Part shown: positions 9,579-18,238 of the stretch, piece by piece | Position numbering within the stretch: the stretch's first letter is position 1 | Layout of the letters: each line of letters opens with the position of its first letter | NCBI GenBank assembly: GCA_029287195.1 | Contig: JARFRN010000039.1 | Coordinates: 1,927-65,926, forward strand | Length of the DNA: 64,000 bases | Direction: 5' to 3' | From: Acidimicrobiia bacterium | GTDB lineage: Bacteria > Actinomycetota > Acidimicrobiia > Spongiisociales > UBA5794 | Notes under the pieces: model-generated | The model's database searches: none | Told to the model about the DNA's origin: nothing | The model's input: the letters and a program-made list of their open reading frames with translations, nothing else | Translations under genes and position numbers: made by a program

Positions 9579-10799
9579 TCATTGCGTCACGTGCAGTGCG
9601 ACCCCTCCGGCATCGAGGATCTGGGCGGCGCGGTGGGCCAGCGAACCATCGTGAATGTGGCTGTAGAGACTGTCGCCCGGGCATATAGTTGCGGCGTGGT
9701 CGCGATGACCGGTGACCGTCTCGATCGGCACACCAAACTGCAGCGAAGCCCAGGCCGCCAGCTGTACGGTTTTCTCGATCTGCTCGGCAGTCGGCGTGTC
9801 CTCATTGAAGTTTCCCTCTACGACGATCAGGAAGTGTCCTGTGGGGTCATACGCGGTAGCTGTATCGCCGACCGCCGTATACGGCCTGCCCTCGTATACC
9901 TTGCCGTCGCGACCGACGATGAAGTGATAAGCAAGGTCCGGCCAACCGAGATACTGATGCCAGCTCTGCCAGGAACGGAACTGGGCGGGACCGGTAGCCC
10001 CATCGAGACCTCCGGCATGGTGAATGGTTATCTCCTCGATCTCGTGGAAGGTGAACTCGCCTCGAGGCGGTGCCGCGCCCCACATTGAACGCCCCACCAC
10101 GTCCAGGTTGATGGGACGGGGCGGTATCTCGATCGAGTCGAGGCCCAGGGCGCGAGTGAGGAACGTCGCCATTTGAGCTCGAGTTACGTTGGAGCCCGGG
10201 CAGTAGCGATCGTTGTCGGGAGGATCGCATCCAACCGTGATTCCCGCGGCTCTGAGCCGTTCGATCTCGGGCTCGAAGACGCTTCCATCGTCGTCGTCGA
10301 AGCTGTCGCCGTGGGCTGCCGGAAAGTCGAAGCTCCTCACCAGGAATGCCGCCATTTGAGCTCGGGTCACGCTGGAGCTCGGGCAGTAGCGATCGTTGTC
10401 GGGAGGATTGCAGCCCAGAGTTATGCCCGCGGCGGCGAGGCGGTCGATGTCCTGTTCGTGGACGAGCCCGACCGTATCCTCGAATTCGGCAGTCGGAGCG
10501 GGCGGGAGATCGAGGGCCCGAACGAGAAAGGCTGCCATCTGTGCTCGAGTCACCGCCGAGGTTGGGCAGAACCATGTGTTGCTCGGCGGATTGCAGCCGC
10601 TCGTGATGCCGGCAGCAGCGATGGCCTCGATGGAACCTTGGTGAACTGTTAGATCGTCATCTACGAAAGTGCCGCCTGGTGGTACTTCGGCACGGCCGGC
10701 GGCGAGAGGGCTGAATGTCGTCAGCACCATTGAGATGACTGCGAGTTGGATGGCCAAACGCACCGGGCCATCGTAAGGGGTATCGACGAGACCGCCCAA
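9579..10799 (-). CDS. secreted N-acetylmuramoyl-L-alanine amidase (amidase_2/PGRP type) with three SLH-like Cys-containing repeats
   Basis: 406 aa. Hydrophobic N-terminus. Three copies of [I..L.AAGIT.GC.PP.N..(F/Y)CP...VTRAQMA.FL.R]. C-terminal ITIHHAGG...LAYHFIVGRDGKVYEGRP...GHRDH resembles the amidase_2 zinc site. Confidence 0.8.
   Translation of the reverse strand: MGGLVDTPYDGPVRLAIQLAVISMVLTTFSPLAAGRAEVPPGGTFVDDDLTVHQGSIEAIAAAGITSGCNPPSNTWFCPTSAVTRAQMAAFLVRALDLPPAPTAEFEDTVGLVHEQDIDRLAAAGITLGCNPPDNDRYCPSSSVTRAQMAAFLVRSFDFPAAHGDSFDDDDGSVFEPEIERLRAAGITVGCDPPDNDRYCPGSNVTRAQMATFLTRALGLDSIEIPPRPINLDVVGRSMWGAAPPRGEFTFHEIEEITIHHAGGLDGATGPAQFRSWQSWHQYLGWPDLAYHFIVGRDGKVYEGRPYTAVGDTATAYDPTGHFLIVVEGNFNEDTPTAEQIEKTVQLAAWASLQFGVPIETVTGHRDHAATICPGDSLYSHIHDGSLAHRAAQILDAGGVALHVTQ
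10140..10667 (-). repeat. three tandem ~170-bp coding repeats (SLH-like modules) inside the amidase gene
   Basis: Near-identical DNA stretches. For example 10178-10260 gccatttgagctcgagttacgttggagcccgggcagtagcgatcgttgtcgggagg matches 10351-10430 gccatttgagctcgggtcacgctggagctcgggcagtagcgatcgttgtcgggagg. The third copy, around 10531, is more diverged. Confidence 0.8.
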
Positions 10800-10861
10800 G
10801 CATTCTCCAGAATTGGGTCGATCGACCTAAAGATATCGAGCCGGTCGGTCGATGAACCCAA

Positions 10862-11755
10862 GTGCCTGAAGAAACAATCGCTGCCGCAGAAGGAGTCGCC
10901 GAGAAGGAGTTCCCGATTGTGCGCAAGGGATACGACCCCGAGGGGGTCGATGCACACCTTGCCGAGATCGACGTGGCCTTTCGCGAACTCGAGGATTATG
11001 CGGCGCGCCTCAAGCACGAGTTGGCCGAGGCCAAGAACGAAATCAAGCGACTCGAGGCAGCCGAGCAGGAGTCGGTCGACAAGGCCATGCTTGCCGTGTT
11101 CGACGCCAAAGAGCGAGTCCTGGAACGGGCTCGCCAGAAGGCTCGGGATATCGAAAACGAGGCACGAATCGCCGCTGGATTGGCGCCCCTCCTCGAAGAC
11201 GAAAGTACGGACTACGACGATGCGGAACTCGATGAGCTGGCCGGCGTCGTGAAGGCGGACACGCAGCAGCCCGCCCCGATTGTTGTTGAGCAGCCGGTAC
11301 CGGTCGCGGCGCCCGCCCAACCGTCAGTTCCCGGAGCGGGCACGGCTGCATCCGGTCCCGACCCCACCGAGGTTCTGCGCCAGATGCTGCACGAGGCCGA
11401 CGCCATCAGGTCTCAACTGGAGAGCGGCCTGTCGTCGGCATTCGACGAGATAGAGCGCATGCAGCGTACCGCTGAGCAACGGGCGGCGGCGATGCTCGAC
11501 GAAGCCCGTCGCGAGGCCTCGGCGCTGCGCACCGCCGGCAAGGATGGAGGCGATGCCGCCTCGATGATCAACGTCACGCTCGCCGGCGAGGGCAAGGAAG
11601 AGAAGAGATCTCGCTACTCGAAGAACTCGGCGAAGTTACCGAGAATCGGGGAAGACGCGGGAGAGTCCGTGCTGGCGAGCATGAATCAGCTGCGAAACAA
11701 GCTGCGCGAGGCCGAAGCCGTAGCACAGAGGGTTCAGGAACCGTCGGCGTCGTAA
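10862..11755 (+). CDS. DivIVA-domain protein (coiled coil)
   Basis: 297 aa. N-terminal FPIVRKGYDPEGVDAHLAEID is the DivIVA signature, followed by coiled-coil and Ala/Pro-rich regions. Confidence 0.8.
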   Translation: MPEETIAAAEGVAEKEFPIVRKGYDPEGVDAHLAEIDVAFRELEDYAARLKHELAEAKNEIKRLEAAEQESVDKAMLAVFDAKERVLERARQKARDIENEARIAAGLAPLLEDESTDYDDAELDELAGVVKADTQQPAPIVVEQPVPVAAPAQPSVPGAGTAASGPDPTEVLRQMLHEADAIRSQLESGLSSAFDEIERMQRTAEQRAAAMLDEARREASALRTAGKDGGDAASMINVTLAGEGKEEKRSRYSKNSAKLPRIGEDAGESVLASMNQLRNKLREAEAVAQRVQEPSAS

Positions 11756-12143
11756 CCTTCGTCTCGGGCCGCTGCGGGGTCGGCCAAGGATCTCAGAACC
11801 TCTGCGCAGCGGACGGAAGGTCCCAAATGGGTCCATGCAGACCGTGACGATCAAACATGGCTACCGCTTCGGCTTGGGTCCATTTCCGCCAATCGGTGTC
11901 CAGGTAGTGGCCATATCACTCTCGTGCGAAGTGCCAGATCTGCGCAGCCGGGCGTACCTCGCCTTGCGTCTTTCCGTGGCTATCACACCATGGACCGACC
12001 GCTCCGCGATCCCGAAACAGCAACATCCGTCGCACTTGGATATGACGTTGTCCGATGCCCTCGTCATCGGCACCGGGAAATGGATCACGTATTCGGTATC
12101 CAGCAGGCGGCCTCCTTCGATGAAGACCCATAGATGGGCAGCG

Positions 12144-12851
12144 CTAGAGAACCACAGCTGCAGTTCCGGGGCGCAATACCTCGATCGCTGCTTTGAGCCG
12201 GAGCGCCGCCGCCTTCTCCTCGTCGGTGCCGACCTTGGTGATGGCGACGACCACTCTGCTCGCCACAGGGCACGCACTCAGAGCGCCTGCGGGATGCAGC
12301 ACGACGGCGGCGCAATCCGCTGCAGTCAGGACGTGATCGGAACCGGTTTCGAGAAATCTCTGAGCGACCTCGGCGCGGTGGGTTACCTGCGTCAGCGGGT
12401 GTCCCACGGCGTCGATCCCAACGAGGATCACAACGGTGGTGGTGGCCGTGGGTATAACCGGCTCATGTTCGGCCGGGGCCTTGAGAGGTCTTCCCTTGGA
12501 GCCGTCGGCTTCGACGATGACGTAGTCCACGCCGGATGTCGCATAGAGGTCGTCGACTACATCCGGAGGTGGACCGGTCACCTTGTGATCATCGCCGTAG
12601 GTCAGCAGCATCACCGGGCCCGGCTCGTCCAGCGCAGCGGCCACGCAAGCCGTATCGGCCGACCAACAGACCGTGGGAACCGCGAGCACCTGGTCTCGGC
12701 CCATCTTGGTCGTGGTGGTGAGGATCACCTTGTTGCCGGCAGCGGTCAACTCATCGCCCAGCCGGAAGAGCAGGGTCGACTTGCCGCCGCCCCCGACCAG
12801 CGAAACCAGCTCGCGCCGACCCAATCCGAGCTGGCTTGCTACAGGAGTCAC
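12144..12851 (-). CDS. yqeC: YqeC-family putative selenium cofactor biosynthesis protein
   Basis: The ORF track gives 12144..12983. I prefer GTG 12851..12849, which forms a GTGA overlap with the yqeB stop. LGLGRRELVSLVGGGGKSTLLFRL...KVILTTTTKM is a P-loop-like motif plus the TTTT(K/H) signature typical of YqeC. Confidence 0.8.
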   Translation of the reverse strand: MTPVASQLGLGRRELVSLVGGGGKSTLLFRLGDELTAAGNKVILTTTTKMGRDQVLAVPTVCWSADTACVAAALDEPGPVMLLTYGDDHKVTGPPPDVVDDLYATSGVDYVIVEADGSKGRPLKAPAEHEPVIPTATTTVVILVGIDAVGHPLTQVTHRAEVAQRFLETGSDHVLTAADCAAVVLHPAGALSACPVASRVVVAITKVGTDEEKAAALRLKAAIEVLRPGTAAVVL

Positions 12852-13657
12852 TGCGGGCGGGTTCCCATCCAGGTCAGAATGGCCTCGACGACTCCGCCGC
12901 CGATAGCCAGTGCCTTGTCTGAGATCTCGAAGCAAGCCGAGGTGTCGCCGCGTGGATCGATGTCTGCGATCTTCCAATCCCATTCCACCTCGTACCTCGG
13001 CGCCAGCAACCCACGAACCACTCCACCGATGCGCGACCTGACCGGAACCCCGTTGATGTCGCCCAGTACATCACCCGCAGCCACCAAATCGCCGATCGCT
13101 ACTTTCCAGTTGAGAATGCCGAAGGTGGGGGCGCGTACGACGCGCTCGACAGTCTTGCCTCCAACTATCCCGGGTTCACCGGTGTTCGGCGTCGGGCTGC
13201 CCTCCCATATCACCCGGCCGAGGAAATGACCCCGCATGGTTTCGATGACTGCGTGACAGTCCACACCGGCTGTGAAACCGGGTCCCAGACCGACGACAAG
13301 CGGTGCGTCGTGGATCGAGGTGTCGAGGTTCTGCTTCGCCAGGCGGGCGTCGACCACCACCGATGGCTCCCACGGGAGTTGTAGGAGTGACGGGCTGACC
13401 ATCACCGGGATCGCTCCGGACTTCGCTACCTCCAATGCTTCCTCTATGTCCTCGATCAGGATGGCATCCAGGTCTTCGATCAGCGCCCGGCCTTCGATTA
13501 CGGCGGATGCCACTGCCACCGTGCGCCGAATGGCAAGCGGCCGCTCCAACTCGAGTACCAGGATCGGAAAACCGGCGCGCCGCAAGCGAAAGACCGTTCC
13601 CGTGGCGAGATCGCCGCCGCCTCGCACTACCACGAGGTCATCACCGAAGAGCATCAA
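12848..13657 (-). CDS. yqeB: YqeB-family (EF2563-like) SDMH system accessory protein
   Basis: 269 aa. DLVVVRGGGDLATGTVFRLRRAGFPILVLELERPLAIRRTVA is the family N-terminal signature as I recall it. 4-nt overlap with the xdhC stop. Confidence 0.8.
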   Translation of the reverse strand: MMLFGDDLVVVRGGGDLATGTVFRLRRAGFPILVLELERPLAIRRTVAVASAVIEGRALIEDLDAILIEDIEEALEVAKSGAIPVMVSPSLLQLPWEPSVVVDARLAKQNLDTSIHDAPLVVGLGPGFTAGVDCHAVIETMRGHFLGRVIWEGSPTPNTGEPGIVGGKTVERVVRAPTFGILNWKVAIGDLVAAGDVLGDINGVPVRSRIGGVVRGLLAPRYEVEWDWKIADIDPRGDTSACFEISDKALAIGGGVVEAILTWMGTRPQ

Positions 13658-14439
13658 TCGACTTCCGATCGGTTGGTGTTGATTACCTCCGACATTATCG
13701 AAACAGCGATCTCTTCGAGTGTCTCCGCGTTGATTTCAATTCCTATCGGAACATGGAGTCTGTCGAGTTCGTCCGGGTCGACACCGTCGGCAACGAGCTG
13801 ATCACGTGTCGATCGCCAGCGATTGCGGCTCCCCATGACTCCGATGTAGCGAGCTGGTGTATCCAGCAACGACGGAATGATCCGAATGTCCATTTCGGGG
13901 CTTCGGGTCACGACCACGATCGAAGAGTCTTCCGTAACCGGGTGAGACGTCAATGCTTCATCGACCGAACCCGCGAATCGCACGTCGGCGTTCGGCATCG
14001 CCTCGCGGCTGACCAGATCGGGGCGGTCGTCGATGGCGATCGTCCGGTATCCGAGCCAGTGGGCGAGATCCACGACTGTGCGGCCGACATGGCCGCATCC
14101 GATCACGAAGACATTGTGGGGTGGCATATACGGCTCCAAGTAGAGGGTCAGGGAGCCGCCGCAGATGCCGGGATCCCCTTCATTCGGATTGACGAGTTCG
14201 TAGTCGATCAGCTGCGGCTTGTGCGATCGCAAGGTTTCGAGGGCCGCAACAATCGCCTTGGCTTCCATTTCGCCGCCACCGACGGTGCCGCGGGTGGTCC
14301 CGTCCGCAAAGACAAGCATCTTGGTGCCGGCGCGACGCGGCACGGAGCGTTGAGTAGCGACGACCGTCGCGAGCACCACTGCATCACCCCTATCGACCGC
14401 TTCATTCAGATCGCGCAGAACCCGGGCGTTGTCGGTCAC
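13654..14439 (-). CDS. xdhC: XdhC/CoxI-family molybdenum hydroxylase maturation factor
   Basis: The ORF track extends to 14724, but that part overlaps the upstream gene in another frame. GTG 14439..14437 lies immediately after the upstream stop (14441..14443). Motifs: VLATVVATQRSVPRRAGTKMLV...GTVGGGEMEA and Rossmann-like VFVIGCGHVG. Confidence 0.85.
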   Translation of the reverse strand: MTDNARVLRDLNEAVDRGDAVVLATVVATQRSVPRRAGTKMLVFADGTTRGTVGGGEMEAKAIVAALETLRSHKPQLIDYELVNPNEGDPGICGGSLTLYLEPYMPPHNVFVIGCGHVGRTVVDLAHWLGYRTIAIDDRPDLVSREAMPNADVRFAGSVDEALTSHPVTEDSSIVVVTRSPEMDIRIIPSLLDTPARYIGVMGSRNRWRSTRDQLVADGVDPDELDRLHVPIGIEINAETLEEIAVSIMSEVINTNRSEVD

Positions 14440-14440
14440 G

Positions 14441-17353
14441 TCAACTCGTTTGTAGCGCGTCCCATACCCGCTGCGGGGTGAAGGGCAGGTTGTCGATTGG
14501 GACACCGGTTGCGTTGAATATCGCGTTGCGGATCGCCGGGGCAACCCCATCCTTCGGTATCTCCGCGATTGCCTTGGCGCCGAAAGGCCCGGATTTCTCC
14601 ATCGTCTGCACGAGGTAGGCCTCGATGGCGGGCATCTCATCTGCGCGATAGATCTTGTAGGGCCCGAAGCGAGCGTTGACCATGCGGCCGGTCTCGTCGA
14701 GCACCATTTCCTCGCAATGCCCATAGCCGAGTGCCTGCACCATGCCGCCCTCGACCTGGCCTGCGGAGGTCAACGGATTGATCGGCACTCCACAGTCGAC
14801 GGCCATCACCAGCCTCTCCACGGTGACCTGACCGGTCTCGATATCGACTTCGACTTCTGCGAACTGGGCGGCATAGGGGGGTGGGGAGTCCGGAGCCACA
14901 TACGACGCGGTCGCCATTATCTGGTGTTGATCATCCTGGTGCAGCGTGTGGAGGGCGATCTGCTCCAGCGACATCGATCTCCCATCGGGTGCGAAAGCGG
15001 CTCGTTCCTTCAGCTCGATGTCGCCGGGCACATCGACATCGAGTAGCAACGCAGCCCGCGTGATGATCTGCCGGCGCACCTCCTCGGCGGCCTTCTTGAC
15101 GGCCATGCCGGACACGTATGTGGTCGACGATGCGTAGGCGCCGACATCGAAAGGCGTCATGTCGGTATCCGCCGCATACACCACAACGTCGGCGGTAGGA
15201 ACACCGAGCACCTCGGCCGCCATCTGCGCCAGGATCGTATCGGCACCGGTTCCGAGATCGGTGGCTCCGATCAGTAGATTGAACGATCCGTCATCGTTGA
15301 TCTTGATGCTGGCACCACCCATATCGAGCCCTGAGATTGCGCTGCCGTGCATACACATCGCAAAGCCGAGGCCGCGTCGGATGTGGGGGCGGTCGGCGGG
15401 CTGTAGCCAATCAAGCTCGTGCCGGCGGTGCCATCCCACCGCTCGTTGACCCTGAACAACGCATTCGTCCATTCCGCTTGAAGTAACGACTGGGATGAAC
15501 TTCATGTCGGCGGCGCCCTCGCCGAGTTCGGCGGCCACATCCAGCGGGTCTCCCACTTTGGTCCAGTTCTTGCGGCGGAACTCCAGAACATCCATGCCCA
15601 TCTCGGTCGCGATGTCCTCCATATGTGCCTCGAGGGCGAAGAGTGCTTGTGGTGCCCCGTACCCGCGGTAGGCGCCGGCAACCGGCGTGTTGGTGTAGGC
15701 GACGTCGCAATCGAACTTCTTGTTGGGGCAGTTGTAGGTGCTGAGCCCGCGCAGGCCGCTGACCATCTGCACCGTGAGTGCGTGGGTCCCGTAGGGGCCG
15801 GTGTTGCCGACGGTGCGCATCTTCTGTGCGACGAGCGTGCCATCGTTCATGACACCGGTGGTGAAGGTGATTGTCTGCGGGTGACGAGTCCTGCTGGAGA
15901 CGAACTCCTCCTCACGGTTCAACTCGAGACGGACTGGTCGGCCTGTTGCCAGCGCAAGATGACCGACAACGTCTTCGATGAGCATTTCTTGCTTGACTCC
16001 AAAGCCGCCGCCGATGCGTGGCTTCACGATGCGGATGTCGCGCACCGGCATGCCGAGCAACGGCGCCACCATGCGCCGCACGTGGAACGGAACCTGGGTT
16101 GAAGTGCGGATAACCAATCGCTCGTCGCTGTCCAGCCAGGCGATGGCGATGTGGGGTTCAATCGGGCACTGCTGGACTTGGTGAACCCGGAAGCTCTTCT
16201 CGAAAACGCGGTCGGCGCTCTCCAAACCGGCGACGAAGTCTCCGACCTCTGCCTCGATGTGCTGCACGATGTTGCGCGCTGCATCGTGGGCGCCTTCCAT
16301 GTCCGGTTCGTCGTGGATCACGGGGGCATTGCCTGCGATCGCTTCGTTCTCGTCGAACACGGCGGGGAGCACCTCATATTCGACGTTGATCAGCTTGACC
16401 GCTTGCTCGGCGATCTCGATGCTCTCTGCGGCGACGGCCGCCACCCGATCGCCAACGTGCCGAACCTTGTTGTCAAAGCTCACCTGGTCGTAGGGCAGCG
16501 GGTTGGGGTAGCTCTGGCCGCCAGAGGCATACCTCACCCGCTCCACGTTCTCATGATGCAGCACCGCGTGCACCCCGGGCAGTGCCCGGGCTGCCGAGTC
16601 GTCGATACTCATGATGCGAGCGTGTGCGTGCGGGCTGTAGAGCATCTTGGCGTACAACATGCCGCGCCGCTCGATGTCGTCGACGAATGCGGCGTGGCCC
16701 TTTGCCAACTTGACCGCGTCGACTTTCCTTTCCGGCTTGCCGACGACGTTGGTCTCTGGCACCTCCGGGCTGGGTATCACGCGGGGCGATAGCGGAGGCA
16801 GGTTGAGTGGGGAGTTGGCGGCTCCCATGTCGGGTGTGCCGCCGGGCTCTACGAGCGGTTCGATCAACGCGGGTTCGACGGGAGCGACTTTTTCGCCACG
16901 CAAGATCGCCGCGGCGCGCAAAACGGCGTGTACCGGACGGAGGTAGCCGGTTTCTCGGTCGAGGATTCCCGACAGCGCGTCCCGGACATCGTCCTCGGTA
17001 GGGTCCGGGTTGCCGTCGATCAGTGCCTTAGCCGCAAGGATCATCGCGGGCGTCGAATAGCCGGATTGGATGGCCCCAGTTTCGACGAACGCCTCCTGGA
17101 TCGGGTGCAGGCCGCGGGGCGGATTGAGCCCTTCGACCGTCTCGATCTCGTGGCCGTCGGCCTGGGCTGCGAGCATGATCTCAGCGGAGATCAGCCGGCC
17201 GTCGCATAGCACTGCGGCCGCTCCGGTTTCGCCGGTCTCGGCACCAAACCGAACGCTGTAGTAGCCCTCGCCCCGCAGCACCGCGCGCAACGACTCATGA
17301 GGCCGGCAGTCGAAGGTCTGCTCGGTGCCGTTGAGGGTGAAAGTGACCTTCAC
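14441..17353 (-). CDS. XdhD-type molybdopterin hydroxylase large protein with a degenerate, Cys-poor 2Fe-2S-like N-domain
   Basis: 970 aa. The MoCo domain is well conserved (HVGDRVAAVAAES, RIGGGFGVKQE, AYRGYGAPQ, GPFGAKAIAEI). The N-domain keeps the ferredoxin-like spacing, but it reads IQSGYSTPAM and SGILDRETGY where the paralog at 495 has QCGFCTPG and CRCTGY. Confidence 0.88.
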   Translation of the reverse strand: MKVTFTLNGTEQTFDCRPHESLRAVLRGEGYYSVRFGAETGETGAAAVLCDGRLISAEIMLAAQADGHEIETVEGLNPPRGLHPIQEAFVETGAIQSGYSTPAMILAAKALIDGNPDPTEDDVRDALSGILDRETGYLRPVHAVLRAAAILRGEKVAPVEPALIEPLVEPGGTPDMGAANSPLNLPPLSPRVIPSPEVPETNVVGKPERKVDAVKLAKGHAAFVDDIERRGMLYAKMLYSPHAHARIMSIDDSAARALPGVHAVLHHENVERVRYASGGQSYPNPLPYDQVSFDNKVRHVGDRVAAVAAESIEIAEQAVKLINVEYEVLPAVFDENEAIAGNAPVIHDEPDMEGAHDAARNIVQHIEAEVGDFVAGLESADRVFEKSFRVHQVQQCPIEPHIAIAWLDSDERLVIRTSTQVPFHVRRMVAPLLGMPVRDIRIVKPRIGGGFGVKQEMLIEDVVGHLALATGRPVRLELNREEEFVSSRTRHPQTITFTTGVMNDGTLVAQKMRTVGNTGPYGTHALTVQMVSGLRGLSTYNCPNKKFDCDVAYTNTPVAGAYRGYGAPQALFALEAHMEDIATEMGMDVLEFRRKNWTKVGDPLDVAAELGEGAADMKFIPVVTSSGMDECVVQGQRAVGWHRRHELDWLQPADRPHIRRGLGFAMCMHGSAISGLDMGGASIKINDDGSFNLLIGATDLGTGADTILAQMAAEVLGVPTADVVVYAADTDMTPFDVGAYASSTTYVSGMAVKKAAEEVRRQIITRAALLLDVDVPGDIELKERAAFAPDGRSMSLEQIALHTLHQDDQHQIMATASYVAPDSPPPYAAQFAEVEVDIETGQVTVERLVMAVDCGVPINPLTSAGQVEGGMVQALGYGHCEEMVLDETGRMVNARFGPYKIYRADEMPAIEAYLVQTMEKSGPFGAKAIAEIPKDGVAPAIRNAIFNATGVPIDNLPFTPQRVWDALQTS

Positions 17354-18093
17354 GCGGTACCTCCCAGTAGGTCGACGATTCTGGTGGTTAGCGTCCCGGC
17401 CAGCTCCTTGCGGTATTCCGGAGTGCCGCGAAAGTCTCCCGGAGGTTCGAGTGACTCCACGTCCGCCGGGTCGATCACAACAGGGTGAGCTGCGACCCCG
17501 GTCAGGCCGAGGCGCACACCGCTCGCCACCACCCTGCCCAATGCAGCAACTATGGACGTGTCCGCCGGGGTGCGACCTGACCGTGCCGAAGCCGTCTCGC
17601 CACTCGGATCGGCCGAAATTGACGTGATGATGCCCCTCTCCGCGAGAGACGAGTCGCCGAGAAGCTCTTCCAGCGACACCTCGACAACGTGATCCGGGAG
17701 TGCAATCTTGACACAGGCGTCGTGGACGAGGAGGGCGGCCACCAGCTCGCTCTCCCAGTGGGCACTTGCCACGGTACCGCCGATGGTGGCCGCGTTGCGT
17801 AACGTGTTGGGTCCCTCGCGTCGCGCAGTCTCAGCGAGGAGTGGAGGAGTGGCGGGATGGTTGATCAAATCCTGGAGCCGCACCATTGCGCCGTAGCGGA
17901 TCCGCGTAGGGCTTGCTTCGATTGAGGCTTCGACACAAGCCTGGATGTCGACAGCTTCGGCTTCTGTCTCCAGGGACCCTGCTCCGATTACAGTGCCGCC
18001 GCCGACGACGACGCTCGTTACATAGTCACGGTTGAGTAGTGCCAGCGCCTCATCCAATCCGCTTGGTCGGTGGTAACCGGTGATTGCCTGCAT
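17350..18093 (-). CDS. FAD-binding subunit of a molybdopterin dehydrogenase (YgfM/CoxM-like)
   Basis: 247 aa. MQAITGYHRPSGLDEALALL...VVGGGT...IRYGAMVRLQDL...RNAATIGGTVA. 4-nt overlap with the downstream hydroxylase gene. SD GGGAG lies 8 nt upstream. Confidence 0.85.
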   Translation of the reverse strand: MQAITGYHRPSGLDEALALLNRDYVTSVVVGGGTVIGAGSLETEAEAVDIQACVEASIEASPTRIRYGAMVRLQDLINHPATPPLLAETARREGPNTLRNAATIGGTVASAHWESELVAALLVHDACVKIALPDHVVEVSLEELLGDSSLAERGIITSISADPSGETASARSGRTPADTSIVAALGRVVASGVRLGLTGVAAHPVVIDPADVESLEPPGDFRGTPEYRKELAGTLTTRIVDLLGGTA

Positions 18094-18183
18094 GGAGAGC
18101 TCCCGTATGTGCGCGGCCGAAACACCAGGATAGTTGGCGGCGCCAATCCTCCCTTCCCGTACCTGCGTAGCCGTCCGGCACAG

Positions 18184-18199
18184 ACCGGCGGCCGCCGGT
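18184..18199. promoter_or_regulatory. perfect 16-bp GC palindrome ACCGGCGGCCGCCGGT in the divergent gap between the block B operon and mocA
   Basis: Read directly. It is self-complementary and centred about 95 nt upstream of the FAD-subunit start and about 45 nt upstream of the likely mocA start. Confidence 0.3.
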
Positions 18200-18238
18200 T
18201 ACACAAGAACGATCTGGGGTATGCACTATCTTTCACTC

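Noticed and set aside
11835-14481. Plus-strand ORFs 11835..13229 (464 aa) and 13435..14481 (348 aa)
   Set aside because: They lie antisense to yqeC/yqeB/xdhC, which carry clear family motifs and are translationally coupled.
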